A DNA stretch of 51,143 nucleotides from Nitrospinota bacterium (GTDB taxonomy: Bacteria > Nitrospinota > Nitrospinia > UBA9942): NCBI GenBank assembly GCA_016194325.1, contig JACQBS010000044.1, forward strand, positions 1-51,143, written 5' to 3'. The position numbers and the translations under genes are program-made. Under the pieces are notes generated by a model. The model was not told the origin of the DNA. It was given only the letters and a program-made list of their open reading frames with translations, and did not search any database. This document shows, piece by piece, positions 36,866-47,746 of this stretch (positions are counted from its first letter, which is position 1; each line of letters starts with the position of its first letter).

Positions 36866-37836
36866 TAGAACTCTATCCATTCTTAATAGAAGCAATCCAG
36901 ATTCTTATTGTCCTTTTATTTGCACCTTTATTTGTAGGATGGATAAGGATGTTAAAGTGCTGGTTTCAGGGACGAACATCTGCAGGATTGTTTCAGCCAT
37001 ACAGGGACATCGTGAAGCTCTTTCATAAAGATGTTATATTGGCTGAAAATGCATCATGGCTTTTCCGTTTTACACCATATCTTGTTTTTGGTGTTACTGT
37101 TCTTGCAGGAGGGATTATACCAATCCTTTCTTTAAGCTTACCTTTTGCAACAGTAGCTGATGTCATTGCAATAGTAGCCTTATTTGCTATAGTACGGTTT
37201 TTTACTGCATTGGCGGGAATGGATATTGGCACAGCTTTTGGCGGCATGGGTTCAAGCCGTGAGATGATGATAGGCTCACTTGCCGAACCTGCGATGCTTA
37301 TGGCAATTTTTACAGTATCATTGATTAGCCAGACCACATCCCTCTCTAATATGGCGGATATGCTCATCCATAAAGAGTTTATTTTAAGGCCTTCAATGGC
37401 ATTTGCACTATTGGCATTCGTATTGATTTCGCTTGCAGAGACAGGAAGAATCCCTGTAGATAATCCTGCTACTCATCTTGAGCTGACAATGATACATGAG
37501 GCAATGATATTAGAATATTCAGGCAGACACCTCGCCCTTATTGAGTGGGCAGGGATGATCAAGCTTTTTCTTTTTACAACCATCGGGATAGCATCATTTT
37601 TCCCATGGGGGATATCAACCTTGCCCTCGAATGCTGCTATCGGGGGATTAGGAAATTTAATCAGCATATCAGCCGGTATCATCTTCCTGATACTTAAACT
37701 TGGATTTTTAGGTATTGGGCTTATATTGATAGAGACAGGTCTGGCGAAGATGAGGATATTTCGTGTCCCTGAGTTTTTAGGAGGCGCATTTTTGTTATCT
37801 ACTCTGGGCATGCTTTCATATTTTATATTGGAATAA
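36862..37836 (+). CDS. hyfC: HyfC/HycD (NuoH-like) membrane subunit
   Basis: QPYRDIVKL, FGGMGSSRE, ETGRIPVDNPATHLELTMIHEAM; start set at the ATGA overlap with the hyfB stop. Confidence 0.92.
   Translation: MIELYPFLIEAIQILIVLLFAPLFVGWIRMLKCWFQGRTSAGLFQPYRDIVKLFHKDVILAENASWLFRFTPYLVFGVTVLAGGIIPILSLSLPFATVADVIAIVALFAIVRFFTALAGMDIGTAFGGMGSSREMMIGSLAEPAMLMAIFTVSLISQTTSLSNMADMLIHKEFILRPSMAFALLAFVLISLAETGRIPVDNPATHLELTMIHEAMILEYSGRHLALIEWAGMIKLFLFTTIGIASFFPWGISTLPSNAAIGGLGNLISISAGIIFLILKLGFLGIGLILIETGLAKMRIFRVPEFLGGAFLLSTLGMLSYFILE
37624..37646. repeat. In-frame short palindrome in a hyfC loop
   Basis: ccctcga-atgctgcta-tcggggg; peptide PSNAAIGG. Confidence 0.45.
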
Positions 37837-37837
37837 T

Positions 37838-38503
37838 ATGTCTATAAATCTTGCGGCACAGATAAATAGTATCATGGCAGCACTTATACTCCTTACAGCA
37901 TTCGGGCTCCTTGTCCAGAGAAGGATGTATGGGCTTCTCCATTTATTTGCATGGCAGGGGCTCTTTCTCTCTGTAAGCACAGCAATAGTAGGGTATGTAT
38001 CAGGTGCACATCACCTGTATATCTCGTCTATTTTAACACTTGCATTAAAAGTAGTTCTAATACCATATATTCTGCACTTCCTCATCAGGCAATTACATAT
38101 CCATAAAGAGGTAGAGCAGCTTGTAAATGTTCCCACCACTATGCTGATTGGAATTGCACTTGTAATATTTTCATACTATTTGACCGCACCTATTCGTGAA
38201 CTTTCAACATTGGTAACCCGCTCTACCCTTGCAGTTGCACTTGCTACTGTCATGCTCGGTCTTCTGATGATGATTACAAGAAGACATGCCGTCACACAAA
38301 TCATAGGATTTCTGGCGTTAGAGAACGGATTATTCTTTGCTGCTACAAGTGCAACCTACGGTATGCCTCTGGTTGTGGAGCTTGGAGTAGCGCTGGATAT
38401 TTTAATAGCTGCATTTATCTTTGGAATATTTTTCTTTCAGATTCGCACAACCTTTGACAGTCTGGATGTAGAACAGATGACAAAATTGAAGGAGGAAGAC
38501 TAA
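37838..38503 (+). CDS. hyfE: HyfE-like membrane subunit
   Basis: QIIGFLALENG, MPLVVELGVALD. Confidence 0.9.
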   Translation: MSINLAAQINSIMAALILLTAFGLLVQRRMYGLLHLFAWQGLFLSVSTAIVGYVSGAHHLYISSILTLALKVVLIPYILHFLIRQLHIHKEVEQLVNVPTTMLIGIALVIFSYYLTAPIRELSTLVTRSTLAVALATVMLGLLMMITRRHAVTQIIGFLALENGLFFAATSATYGMPLVVELGVALDILIAAFIFGIFFFQIRTTFDSLDVEQMTKLKEED

Positions 38504-38506
38504 CAA

Positions 38507-38578
38507 AGTAGGCAGTAGGCAGTAAGCAGTAGGCAGTAGGTTTTTTACTGCTTACTCCATACTGCATACTGCTTACTA
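38507..38578. repeat. Intergenic inverted heptamer array (AGTAGGC/TACTGCT)
   Basis: agtaggc agtaggc agtaagc agtaggc ... tactgct tactcca tactgca tactgct. Confidence 0.92.
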
Positions 38579-38585
38579 TCTTTTT

Positions 38586-40034
38586 ATGACTCTTCTTATT
38601 TTACTTGGTGTATCTTTTTTCTCTGCTATTATCCTTGCCTTTGTTGGGGACAGAAAATTTGCACCTGAGATAAATATTCTTGGCTCTGCAGCAACTTTTG
38701 CTGCAGGGGTTGGACTAGCTATAGAAGTCTATATGCATGGACCAATGACGGCAGGTGGAAAATTCTTTTTCGTTGACGCCTTTAATGTCTATCTATCTGT
38801 CCTTACATCATTCGTCTCTATGACAACGGCTGTCTTCAGCAGGAGATATATGAGGTGGGAAAGGGAACATGGGCGCGTAGGCCATTGGGGTATGAGATTC
38901 TATCATGCCATGTTTCAACTCTTCATCTTTGCCATGCTCTTGGCACTCCTGACAAACAATGTTGGTGTTTTATGGATAGCAATGGAGCTTGCCACCCTCT
39001 CTACAGTCTTACTTGTTTCACTCTATCGCACACCGACTGCAATTGAGGCCGCATGGAAATATTTTATCCTCTGCGGTGTAGGGATTGCCTTGGCTCTATT
39101 TGGAACAGTTCTGCTCTACTTTGCCGCAGAAAAGGTTTTAGGTGAGGGCGGTGAGGCGCTCCTATGGACAAACTTAAGCCAGGTAAGTGATAAGCTTGAG
39201 CCGACTGTCCTTTCACTTGCCTTTGTATTTCTGATGGTAGGATACGGCACAAAGGTTGGTCTTGCCCCCCTTCACAACTGGCTTCCAGACGCCCATAGCG
39301 AAGGACCCACACCTATATCAGCAGTCCTTTCAGGCCTTTTGCTTAATATTGCACTCTACGCATTGGTGAGATGCAAGGTCCTTGTGGATGGTGCCACAGG
39401 CACTCATCAGGCAGGCTATATAATGATGGGGTTTGGGCTTCTCTCTATTCTTGTCGCTGCCTTTTCGCTATTGAGGCAGAAGGATGTAAAACGGATGTTT
39501 GCATATTCATCCATAGAGCATATGGGTATAGCAACCTTTGCATTCGGTCTTGGCGGACAGATAGCCACCTTTGGCGCACTTTTGCACATGCTTGTCCATA
39601 GCCTGACAAAGTCATCAATATTTTTTACAGCAGGACATGCCTCCCAGATGCACAGAACACAGGAGATGGATAAAATCAAAGGACTTCTCAGGGGAAATCC
39701 CCTTGTCGGCTGGGGGTTGATGTTTGGAGTCATGGCTATTGTGGGCATGCCTCCATTCGGGGTTTTTGTAAGCGAGTTTTTAATACTGACTGCAACGATG
39801 AAGGATGCACCTCTTTTAACCCCGTTGCTCTTGATAGGGCTTGGAGTCGCATTCGCAGCCCTTTTCAGAAGGGTTCAACCGATGGTTGCAGGCTTAGTCC
39901 CCGCAAACCAGCATCCATTAAAAGCAGCCCATATACCGGTCATTCTTCATATGTTATTGGTTCTTATTATAGGATTATATATGCCCGATTTTCTGTCACA
40001 GTGGTTTCATACGGCAGTGGAGTTGTTGAAGTAA
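38586..40034 (+). CDS. hyfF: HyfF-like antiporter subunit
   Basis: EAAWKYFILCGVG, GTKVGLAPLHNWLPDAHSEGPTP, AYSSIEHMG. Confidence 0.92.
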   Translation: MTLLILLGVSFFSAIILAFVGDRKFAPEINILGSAATFAAGVGLAIEVYMHGPMTAGGKFFFVDAFNVYLSVLTSFVSMTTAVFSRRYMRWEREHGRVGHWGMRFYHAMFQLFIFAMLLALLTNNVGVLWIAMELATLSTVLLVSLYRTPTAIEAAWKYFILCGVGIALALFGTVLLYFAAEKVLGEGGEALLWTNLSQVSDKLEPTVLSLAFVFLMVGYGTKVGLAPLHNWLPDAHSEGPTPISAVLSGLLLNIALYALVRCKVLVDGATGTHQAGYIMMGFGLLSILVAAFSLLRQKDVKRMFAYSSIEHMGIATFAFGLGGQIATFGALLHMLVHSLTKSSIFFTAGHASQMHRTQEMDKIKGLLRGNPLVGWGLMFGVMAIVGMPPFGVFVSEFLILTATMKDAPLLTPLLLIGLGVAFAALFRRVQPMVAGLVPANQHPLKAAHIPVILHMLLVLIIGLYMPDFLSQWFHTAVELLK

Positions 40035-40047
40035 AAATATGGAAACC

Positions 40048-40152
40048 CTAAAGAATAAAAACCTAATTAGCCACGGATTAACACGGATTTACACAGAAAA
40101 AATTTAAAACAAGATATGCCGTTTTTTTTTATCTGCGTAAATCTGCGGCTAA
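40048..40152. repeat. Decamer hairpin element between hyfF and hyfG
   Basis: ttagccacggattaacacggatttacacaga ... atctgcgtaaatctgcggctaa. Confidence 0.88.
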
Positions 40153-40172
40153 AGATTTTATAATTTCTTTAT

Positions 40173-41732
40173 ATGAACAATATAATTTCTTTATTTGGAA
40201 ATGAGGCGAGAAAGGACAACAGCCAGTATCCCGCCACTGTGACGCTCTATCAAATCCCCAAAGAACGGTTTACAGAAGCAGCAAAGTCAATGAAAACTTC
40301 CGGAGCGAGGCTTGTTGCAGAGTGGGCTGTGGATGAGACTCCATTTGGCAGAGGCTTTGGCATTTATGCCTGTTATGCAAAAGATTCAGAGTATCTGATT
40401 TTAAAAACATACACACCTCTTGAAGACCCGACATTCCCAAGTCTTACTAAAAAATTTGTCCCTGCCTATCGTTTTGAAAGACAGATGAGAAGTCTTATGG
40501 GTGTTGTCCCTCTGGGACATCCAGATTCACGGCCATGGATAAAGCATGAAGACTGGCAGGAGGATGTCTATCCCCTTAGAAAGTCCTTTGATGCCTCAAA
40601 ATCCATCTCAAGAGTAAAAGGTGAATATCAATGGATAAAAGCAGAGGGTGAAGGGGTCTATGAGATACCTGTGGGACCTGTCCATGCAGGTATTATTGAG
40701 CCGGGTCATTTCAGATTTCAGGCAGTTGGTGAGGATATTCTTAATCTTGAAGAAAAACTTGGTTATGTCCATAAAGGCATAGAAAAGAGATTTGAATCCA
40801 TTTCATGGAAGGAAGGGGCAAGACTTGCAGGGAGGGTATCGGGTGATTCTACAGTTGCCCATGCTATTGCATACTGCATGTCAATTGAGTCAATGACAGG
40901 ATGCAATCCGACTAAAAGGGCATTGTGGCTGAGGGCATTGATGCTTGAAAGGGAGAGGATTGCAAACCATCTCGGAGATATAGGGGCAATCTGTAATGAT
41001 GTCGCCTTTGCATTTCTCTTATATCAATTTTCAATACTTAAAGAAAAACTCCTCCGCACAAATTACAAACTCTTTGGTCACAGGTTTATGATGGACAAGA
41101 TTATACCGGGCGGAGTTGCTGTTGATATTAACTCTGATGCCAAAAATGAGATATTATCGGAGATGGATTGGCTTACAAATGAATTGGAGAGGCTCGTCAT
41201 TATCTATGATGAAAACTCTTCACTTGATGACAGATTAAGAGATACCGGTGTGCTTACCACTGAAAAGGCAAAGGAATTATCTGTTGTAGGATTTGTAGCA
41301 AGGGCAAGTGGTCAGGGTATAGACTGCCGTATCCAGAGTCCATTTTCACCTTATGACCATATCATTCCGAAGATGACAGTCTTAAATTCAGGGGATGCCC
41401 ATGCAAGGGTGTGGGTAAGAATTGAGGAGGTAAGAGATTCTATTAGATTAATCAGGGAGATATTGAATAGTCTTCCTGATGGTAAAATTACAGAAAGTCT
41501 TACCCCTCCATCAACTGATAAGTCCGGTTTTGCAGTTGTAGAGGGGTGGAGAGGCGAGATTGTTTATTGGATTCAGTCGGGACTAAAGGGTGGAATAAAC
41601 CGCTGCATGGTTAGAGATCCATCCAGTGTAAACTGGATTGCACTTGAGGAGGCAATCCATGGAAATATTGTCCCCGATTTCCCGCTCTGTAACAAGAGTT
41701 TTAATCAGTCATATTCGGGGCATGATTTGTAA
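40173..41732 (+). CDS. hyfG: HyfG/EhrL-like large subunit (NuoC/D-like) lacking NiFe-binding cysteines
   Basis: GPVHAGIIEPGHF, HKGIEK; RVSGDS in place of RxCxxC; C-terminal DFPLCNKSFNQSYSGHDL in place of DPCxxC. Confidence 0.9.
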   Translation: MNNIISLFGNEARKDNSQYPATVTLYQIPKERFTEAAKSMKTSGARLVAEWAVDETPFGRGFGIYACYAKDSEYLILKTYTPLEDPTFPSLTKKFVPAYRFERQMRSLMGVVPLGHPDSRPWIKHEDWQEDVYPLRKSFDASKSISRVKGEYQWIKAEGEGVYEIPVGPVHAGIIEPGHFRFQAVGEDILNLEEKLGYVHKGIEKRFESISWKEGARLAGRVSGDSTVAHAIAYCMSIESMTGCNPTKRALWLRALMLERERIANHLGDIGAICNDVAFAFLLYQFSILKEKLLRTNYKLFGHRFMMDKIIPGGVAVDINSDAKNEILSEMDWLTNELERLVIIYDENSSLDDRLRDTGVLTTEKAKELSVVGFVARASGQGIDCRIQSPFSPYDHIIPKMTVLNSGDAHARVWVRIEEVRDSIRLIREILNSLPDGKITESLTPPSTDKSGFAVVEGWRGEIVYWIQSGLKGGINRCMVRDPSSVNWIALEEAIHGNIVPDFPLCNKSFNQSYSGHDL

Positions 41733-41744
41733 AAACATAAAAGC

Positions 41745-41828
41745 AACCACAGATAAACGCAGATAAACACAGATTTTAAAAAAAATTAAAGTTTTTTCTG
41801 TGTAAATCTGTGTGAATCTGTGGTTTCA
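41745..41828. repeat. Decamer hairpin element between hyfG and hyfI
   Basis: aaccacagat aaacgcagat aaacacagat ... tctgtgtaaa tctgtgtgaa tctgtggtt. Confidence 0.9.
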
Positions 41829-41840
41829 TTGAGTCTTTAA

Positions 41841-42365
41841 ATGTTAAGAATACTTCATCAGATATTCAGGACAGGTATTGTTACTGAGCCTCTCCCTTCT
41901 GCGGTAGAGACTGAGATAGAGTTTATAGGGCATAGGTTAGAAGATGCTATAAGAAAGCGTTTCCACAGGAGTCTTACTATCAGAGAGGTGGATGCAGGCT
42001 CATGCAATGGCTGCGAACTGGAGATTCATGCACTGAATAATCCGATTTACAATTGCGAGAGATTCGGCATACACTTTACAGCATCTCCAAGATTTGCGGA
42101 CATACTCCTTGTTACAGGACCTGTTTCCATAAATATGGAGACAGCCCTTCTAAGAACATACAATGCTGCACCTAATCCAAAGCTCGTGATTGCAGTCGGA
42201 GAGTGCGGCTATAACGGAGGTATATTTGGAGAAAGTTACGCATCCCTCGGAGGAATCGGTAAAATCATTCCTGTAGATGTCTATATTCACGGCTGCCCGC
42301 CAAAACCTGCTGATATTCTGAATGGTATTCTCAAGGCAATTGAGGGCAGTGAACCGATTTGCTGA
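41841..42365 (+). CDS. hyfI: HyfI/EhrS-like small Fe-S subunit (NuoB family)
   Basis: AGSCNGCE, SPRFADILLVTG, VGEC, GCPP. Confidence 0.92.
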   Translation: MLRILHQIFRTGIVTEPLPSAVETEIEFIGHRLEDAIRKRFHRSLTIREVDAGSCNGCELEIHALNNPIYNCERFGIHFTASPRFADILLVTGPVSINMETALLRTYNAAPNPKLVIAVGECGYNGGIFGESYASLGGIGKIIPVDVYIHGCPPKPADILNGILKAIEGSEPIC

Positions 42366-42368
42366 AAA

Positions 42369-44951
42369 TTATAAAGAAGATTTTCTTCGGAAATACGCCT
42401 TTTCTATCTCTACTGCGATAAACACACTGAATGATACAGTTATGCAAATAAACAGTTCTATTGCACTTAGGGGAGCTGTCTTGAATATCCTCTGCAATAT
42501 TGGAATATAAGTAATCATAAGCTGAAGTGAAAATGTCAATACCTCTGCACTGAGGAGTGCCTTATTTGAAAGAAGCCCAAGGGTAAATATTGATTCTCTC
42601 TCGGAGCGGATAGCCATAACATGAAACATCTGGAAACCTGCAAGGGTAAAGAATACCATGCTCCTCGCATGTTCAAGGTCATCATGCTTTAGTCCCCATT
42701 CCATTACACCGAGTGTGCCAAAGGACATCAAGAGTCCAACCCATATAATATGCTGCCATAATCCCCTTGCAAAAATACTTTCCTTTGGGTCTCTTGGTGG
42801 TCTATTCATTACATCCTTCTCTGCAGGCTCTACTCCTAATGCCAGTGCTGGAAATGAGTCTGTTACCAGATTTATCCATAGTATTTGAATAGGTAAAACA
42901 GGCAGGGGCATACCTATCATAAGTGCAAAAAACATTGTAAGTATCTCCCCTGAATTTGTTGAAAGCATATACCTTATAAATTTTCTTATATTGTCATAAA
43001 TTACCCTTCCTTCATGAACTGCCTTAACAATAGTTGCAAAGTTATCATCCCTTAATATCATATCAGATGCATCTTTGCTTACATCTGTCCCTGTTATCCC
43101 CATTGCAATACCTATGTCAGCCTTTTTCAATGCAGGGGCATCATTTACACCGTCACCTGTCATCGCTACAATATGCCCTCTTTCCTTCAATGCTGAAACA
43201 ATATGTATCTTGTCTTCAGGTGATACTCTCGCAAATACCCTTACAGTGGGCAGAAGATTATTGAAATGAGCAGTCTCTAATATCTCCATATCTCTGCCTG
43301 TTATAATCTGCCCGTTCTCGTTTGTTATGCCAAGACGCTTTGCAATAGCCTGTGCTGTAATCGGATGGTCACCTGTAATCATAACAGGCACAATACCCGC
43401 CTTCATACATATCTTTACAGCCTCATAAGCCTCTTCTCTTGGGGGGTCTATCATCCCAACAAGACCAAGGAATATAAAATCCTTTTCAACATCTGACATT
43501 GATAACCCCTTTTCAATTTCCTTATATGCCACTGCAAGAACCCTTATGCCATCAGCAGCCATCTTTTCATTTTCTTTAAGAATTTGTCCTTTCATATTGC
43601 TATCTATTGAACAGATTTCAATCACACTGTCAACGGAGCCTTTCATAAACATCAGATAAATCTTCGGATTGTCGGGAGAGGAATGGATGGTTGTCATCCT
43701 CTTTTTAAAGGAGTCAAAGGGGATTTCATTTATCCTCGGATAACTCTTTTCCAGTTCATGCTTATGAATGCCAATCTCTGATGCAGCCTTAAGTAAGGCA
43801 ATCTCTGTCGGGTCTCCAATCCCCCTATCATTATCAATTGAGGCATCATTACATAAAGTTATAGCCTTAAATATGAGATTCATATTCGATGTATCAAGAC
43901 TCCATTCCTTCTTTAACTCCCTTCCATCATATATAAACTCCACTTTCATCTTATTCTGCGTGAGTGTTCCTGTCTTATCTGAGCAGATAGCTGTTACACA
44001 GCCGAGTGTCTCCACAGCAGGGAGTTTACGGATAAGTGCATTCACCTTTGACATCCTGTAGGCACCGAGGGCAAGGACAATGGTAATGACTGCTGGAAGA
44101 CTCTCAGGTATTGCGGCTACTGCCAGACTTATAGAGGTAAGTGACATAAGTTGAAGTGATTCTCCTCTCCATATACCTGCAATGAATATTATTAAACAGA
44201 TCAGCAGTGCCGCCGCTGCAATCCTCTTCCCCATTGCATCAAGTTTTATCTGAAGGGGGGTTTTAATTTTTTCTGTCTCCTGAAGGAGATTCGCAATTCT
44301 GCCCAATTCTGTGGACATTCCTGTAGTTACTACAACCCCTACCCCTCTGCCGTAAGTGATTACAGTTCCCTTAAATGTCATATTCCTGCGGTCTGCAAGA
44401 GATGTCTCCTCGTTTATAATATTTGTGGATTTTTCTACAGGTGTGGACTCCCCTGTAAGAGGCGACTCATCTATCATGAGATTTGGACTCTCAATAAGCC
44501 TTATATCCGCAGGCACTATTTCTCCTGCAGTAAGAACTGCTATATCTCCGGAGACAATATCAGTGGAAGGTATCTGGTGGTGCTTGCCATCTCTTATAAT
44601 TGTTGCGGTGGGTATCTCAAGTTTTTTTAAGGCTGACAGTGCCCTCTCTGCCCTGTATTCCTGAAAAAAACCAATCACTGCATTCAATAAAACAATAGCG
44701 AGAATTACTATCGTATCTATTAAATCCCCTATGAAGGCAGATATGACTGCAGCAATTATCAGTATTAAAATGAGGAGATTTGTAAATTGCTCAAAAAATA
44801 TAAGAAATGGACTCTTCCCCGGTTTTTCCTCAAGCCTGTTATACCCGTATTGAGTTATCCTTTTTTGAGCCTCACCTGCAGAAAGTCCGTTTCTATCTGT
44901 CTTGAGCTCCTTATAAAGCTCTCCCTCTGTCATCTGATACCACGGTTTCAT
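42369..44951 (-). CDS. P-type IIA cation (Ca2+-like) transporting ATPase
   Basis: [45 protein letters not shown]; start set at MKPWY. Confidence 0.95.
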   Translation of the reverse strand: MKPWYQMTEGELYKELKTDRNGLSAGEAQKRITQYGYNRLEEKPGKSPFLIFFEQFTNLLILILIIAAVISAFIGDLIDTIVILAIVLLNAVIGFFQEYRAERALSALKKLEIPTATIIRDGKHHQIPSTDIVSGDIAVLTAGEIVPADIRLIESPNLMIDESPLTGESTPVEKSTNIINEETSLADRRNMTFKGTVITYGRGVGVVVTTGMSTELGRIANLLQETEKIKTPLQIKLDAMGKRIAAAALLICLIIFIAGIWRGESLQLMSLTSISLAVAAIPESLPAVITIVLALGAYRMSKVNALIRKLPAVETLGCVTAICSDKTGTLTQNKMKVEFIYDGRELKKEWSLDTSNMNLIFKAITLCNDASIDNDRGIGDPTEIALLKAASEIGIHKHELEKSYPRINEIPFDSFKKRMTTIHSSPDNPKIYLMFMKGSVDSVIEICSIDSNMKGQILKENEKMAADGIRVLAVAYKEIEKGLSMSDVEKDFIFLGLVGMIDPPREEAYEAVKICMKAGIVPVMITGDHPITAQAIAKRLGITNENGQIITGRDMEILETAHFNNLLPTVRVFARVSPEDKIHIVSALKERGHIVAMTGDGVNDAPALKKADIGIAMGITGTDVSKDASDMILRDDNFATIVKAVHEGRVIYDNIRKFIRYMLSTNSGEILTMFFALMIGMPLPVLPIQILWINLVTDSFPALALGVEPAEKDVMNRPPRDPKESIFARGLWQHIIWVGLLMSFGTLGVMEWGLKHDDLEHARSMVFFTLAGFQMFHVMAIRSERESIFTLGLLSNKALLSAEVLTFSLQLMITYIPILQRIFKTAPLSAIELFICITVSFSVFIAVEIEKAYFRRKSSL

Positions 44952-45085
44952 ATTTATTCCTAACAAGTCCCAATTGCATCAGATGTTAGCAAACTTCATT
45001 AACTAAGGCAATGATAACTGAAAGACAAACTATAGGCTTAGATGCGATAAAATTGGCAGGAAATATGGCGGTTGTTTTTTATTGC

Positions 45086-45280
45086 TTACTTTCCTTCAGC
45101 GGATTTGTTTAGTGATTCCATAAGCCTGGCAATATCTGCATTATTTTTCTTTGCGGCAATCTCAAGACTCTCATGTCCCCCGCAGCACGAATCTATATTA
45201 TACTGATTAAATACCCCGACCGTCTTCGGATATTTTGCAATTACCTGATTTATGCTCATTTCTTTTGTAATCTCTGCCAT
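45086..45280 (-). CDS. Stand-alone ScdA_N/DUF542-like protein
   Basis: VFNQYNIDSCCGG..SLE motif; GGAGG RBS. Confidence 0.8.
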   Translation of the reverse strand: MAEITKEMSINQVIAKYPKTVGVFNQYNIDSCCGGHESLEIAAKKNNADIARLMESLNKSAEGK

Positions 45281-45396
45281 CTTTATTCCTCCGCAAAATT
45301 TATCTGCATTACCCTTTTTTTTATAAGAGATAACGAATGCTTTTACTTTATTATTTTTTATGATAGTATTTTAAACTATAGTTGTCAAGAGCCGCC

Positions 45397-45624
45397 ATGT
45401 CTGAAAAACTAATTGTAGATAAACCTACTATCACAAAAAGGCCTGTAACAGGTGTTAATGAGGTAGATAGCCATATTGAATCGTTATCAAAAAAACTATC
45501 TCTTGGCATGAGAAATGACTTTTACCAGATGATCAGCAGCAATAAGCCAAAAACTATTTCTGAATTAAAAAATATTTTTAAGTCCCTCATAGAGCATCAT
45601 AAAAAACAGGTACCGAGACTGTAG
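45397..45624 (+). CDS. Hypothetical protein
   Basis: Open frame filling the intergenic space; no recognised motif; start uncertain. Confidence 0.45.
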   Translation: MSEKLIVDKPTITKRPVTGVNEVDSHIESLSKKLSLGMRNDFYQMISSNKPKTISELKNIFKSLIEHHKKQVPRL

Positions 45625-45728
45625 AAAAGGACAAAAACCTAATGAAACCACAGATTCACACAGATGGACACAGATAGTAATTAAAGTTACAAGTTATCTG
45701 CGTTTATCTGCGTTCATCTGTGGTTGCT
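45625..45728. repeat. Decamer hairpin element upstream of pgsA
   Basis: aaccacagat tcacacagat ggacacagat ... atctgcgttt atctgcgttc atctgtggtt. Confidence 0.9.
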
Positions 45729-45738
45729 TTTATAATTT

Positions 45739-46296
45739 ATGCATCGTCTAAACCTACCAAATAAGATTACAATAATACGAATATTTCTGATTCCCCTCTT
45801 TTTAGTATTTTTAATATCCTCAGCTAAGATAAGCCCATTATTTGCAGCCTCTATATTTGGTGTGGCGGCATTTACAGATTGGCTTGACGGTTATCTTGCA
45901 AGGACCACCAAGCAGGTTACAACCCTTGGCAAGTTGTTAGACCCGATTGCAGATAAGATACTTGTTACAGCAGCACTTATACCTTTGGTTGAACTTGACA
46001 GAATATCTGCATGGATAGCTGTAGTAATAATAGGAAGGGAATTTGCCGTAAGCGGGCTCAGGACTGTAGCAATGTCTCAGGGGATTGTAATTGCTGCGAG
46101 CTGGTGGGGAAAATATAAAATGGTGTTTGAGATAATTGCAATAATGTTTTTAATCCTGAATTATAAAATTTTATTTGTAAATTTTTTGCTTTTGGGCACA
46201 ATAGCAATTTGGGTTGCAATGGTCATGAGCCTTGTTTCAGGAATAGACTACTTTATAAAATTCTGGAATCAATTTAATATAAAATTAAGTCAGTAA
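45739..46296 (+). CDS. pgsA: CDP-diacylglycerol--glycerol-3-phosphate 3-phosphatidyltransferase
   Basis: NLPNKIT, TDWLDGYLAR..VTTLGKLLDPIADK, GREFAVSGLR. Confidence 0.96.
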   Translation: MHRLNLPNKITIIRIFLIPLFLVFLISSAKISPLFAASIFGVAAFTDWLDGYLARTTKQVTTLGKLLDPIADKILVTAALIPLVELDRISAWIAVVIIGREFAVSGLRTVAMSQGIVIAASWWGKYKMVFEIIAIMFLILNYKILFVNFLLLGTIAIWVAMVMSLVSGIDYFIKFWNQFNIKLSQ

Positions 46297-46322
46297 GACT
46301 ATTCTTTAAAGGGAGAAAAAAC

Positions 46323-47618
46323 TTGAAAAGACTGATTCATATTCTTGCAGCGGCGGCATTAATATTTTCAGATGAGAGCAGTTGGGCGGATGAAAAAACA
46401 GGGTCAAAAAATCAGACATACGGCAGTGAGTTTGAAGAACTCAAGCATAGGGTTGAAGAACTTGAAAAAAGGATAAAAGATGGAGAAGTGGTTGATGAAC
46501 TTGGGCATAAACTCCATCCTATCCACAGTATTTATGGCTTAAAGATAAGCGGCGGGGTCACAATGACAGCACAGGGGGCAGACTATAAAAACAATAAGGG
46601 TGCCGGAGCATTATCAGCTGATATTGTAATAGAATCACCGGTTGGAAAAGATGGAAGGGTGATTTCGGTTCTGGATTTTCAGAGAGGTGCAGGGCTTCAA
46701 AACCTGCCATCCTTCTTTACATCACCTAATGGAAACACAACAGGAGCAAATAACGATATAGAATCATTTAATAATGACCAGCTTCATGTAGCACAATTCT
46801 ATTACGAGCACAATATAGTTTCAAGTCTTGTAGTATCGGTAGGGCAATTAGACCCTACAGTCTTTTTTGATATCAACCTCTATGCAAATAACGAAAGGGT
46901 GCATTTCCTTGCGAATCAATTTGCAAACAACCCCACGATAGAATTCGGGGCTTCTGAAAACTTCTATGGACCAGGCATAAGGCTGACTTACTCACCTGCT
47001 GAACTGCTGGACATAACTGTTGCTGCTTTTGAAGGTGACGGTAATTATGCAGATATCTTTGAAAATCCGTTTCTCATGGCAGAGGCTGATTTTAAAATAA
47101 AACCCTTTGATAAAGACGGAATCTACAGGGTCTATTACTGGAGCAGAAAGGCACGTCCTGATTTAACCTATGTTGCAAATCCGAATGATGCAACCTTAAT
47201 AAACAAAGAAAATAGTGGTGTGGGTCTAAGTATTGAACAGCTAATCACAGATACAGTCGGTATATGGCTAAGGGGAGGTACCCAGAACGAAAAGGTAGCA
47301 CAATTTGATAAACACATAAGTGGAGGTTTAAACATTACAGGAGATGCATTTAACAGGCCTAATGATGTAATTGGGCTTGGTTATGGCATGACTTCAATGG
47401 GAAAAGACTATAAGGATTATAAAACGAGTTCCTCTACAGGCTTTTCTTCAGACACAGAGCAATATATGGAACTTTATTATAATATCTCAATCGGTGAAGC
47501 CGCACACTTTAAAGGGTTTCATATTTCACCCGACATGCAGTATGTAATTAACCCTAACGGTAATGCCAATGCCAGCAAATTGTTCATATACGGCATAAGG
47601 CTGCAGGCATTTTTTTAA
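46323..47618 (+). CDS. OprB-family porin
   Basis: Signal peptide, coiled coil, GQLDPTVFFD.N.YAN.E..FL, EQYMELYY, ISPDMQYVINP, terminal F. Confidence 0.85.
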   Translation: MKRLIHILAAAALIFSDESSWADEKTGSKNQTYGSEFEELKHRVEELEKRIKDGEVVDELGHKLHPIHSIYGLKISGGVTMTAQGADYKNNKGAGALSADIVIESPVGKDGRVISVLDFQRGAGLQNLPSFFTSPNGNTTGANNDIESFNNDQLHVAQFYYEHNIVSSLVVSVGQLDPTVFFDINLYANNERVHFLANQFANNPTIEFGASENFYGPGIRLTYSPAELLDITVAAFEGDGNYADIFENPFLMAEADFKIKPFDKDGIYRVYYWSRKARPDLTYVANPNDATLINKENSGVGLSIEQLITDTVGIWLRGGTQNEKVAQFDKHISGGLNITGDAFNRPNDVIGLGYGMTSMGKDYKDYKTSSSTGFSSDTEQYMELYYNISIGEAAHFKGFHISPDMQYVINPNGNANASKLFIYGIRLQAFF

Positions 47619-47624
47619 TTTAAT

Positions 47625-47653
47625 TTGACAGGAAAGACAGTTTAAATTATAAT
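47625..47653 (+). promoter_or_regulatory. Consensus sigma70 promoter for the tRNA pair
   Basis: Perfect TTGACA-17 nt-TATAAT, 15 nt upstream of tRNA-Gly. Confidence 0.85.
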
Positions 47654-47668
47654 TTAAAAATCTGTTAA

Positions 47669-47743
<75 letters not shown>

Positions 47744-47746
47744 TAT

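Noticed and set aside
40173-41732. Functional NiFe hydrogenase or formate hydrogenlyase
   Set aside because: Both Ni-binding CxxC motifs are missing.
42365-42369. Convergent hyfI and ATPase stops 3 bp apart with no terminator
   Set aside because: Common in compact genomes; nothing further supports antisense regulation.
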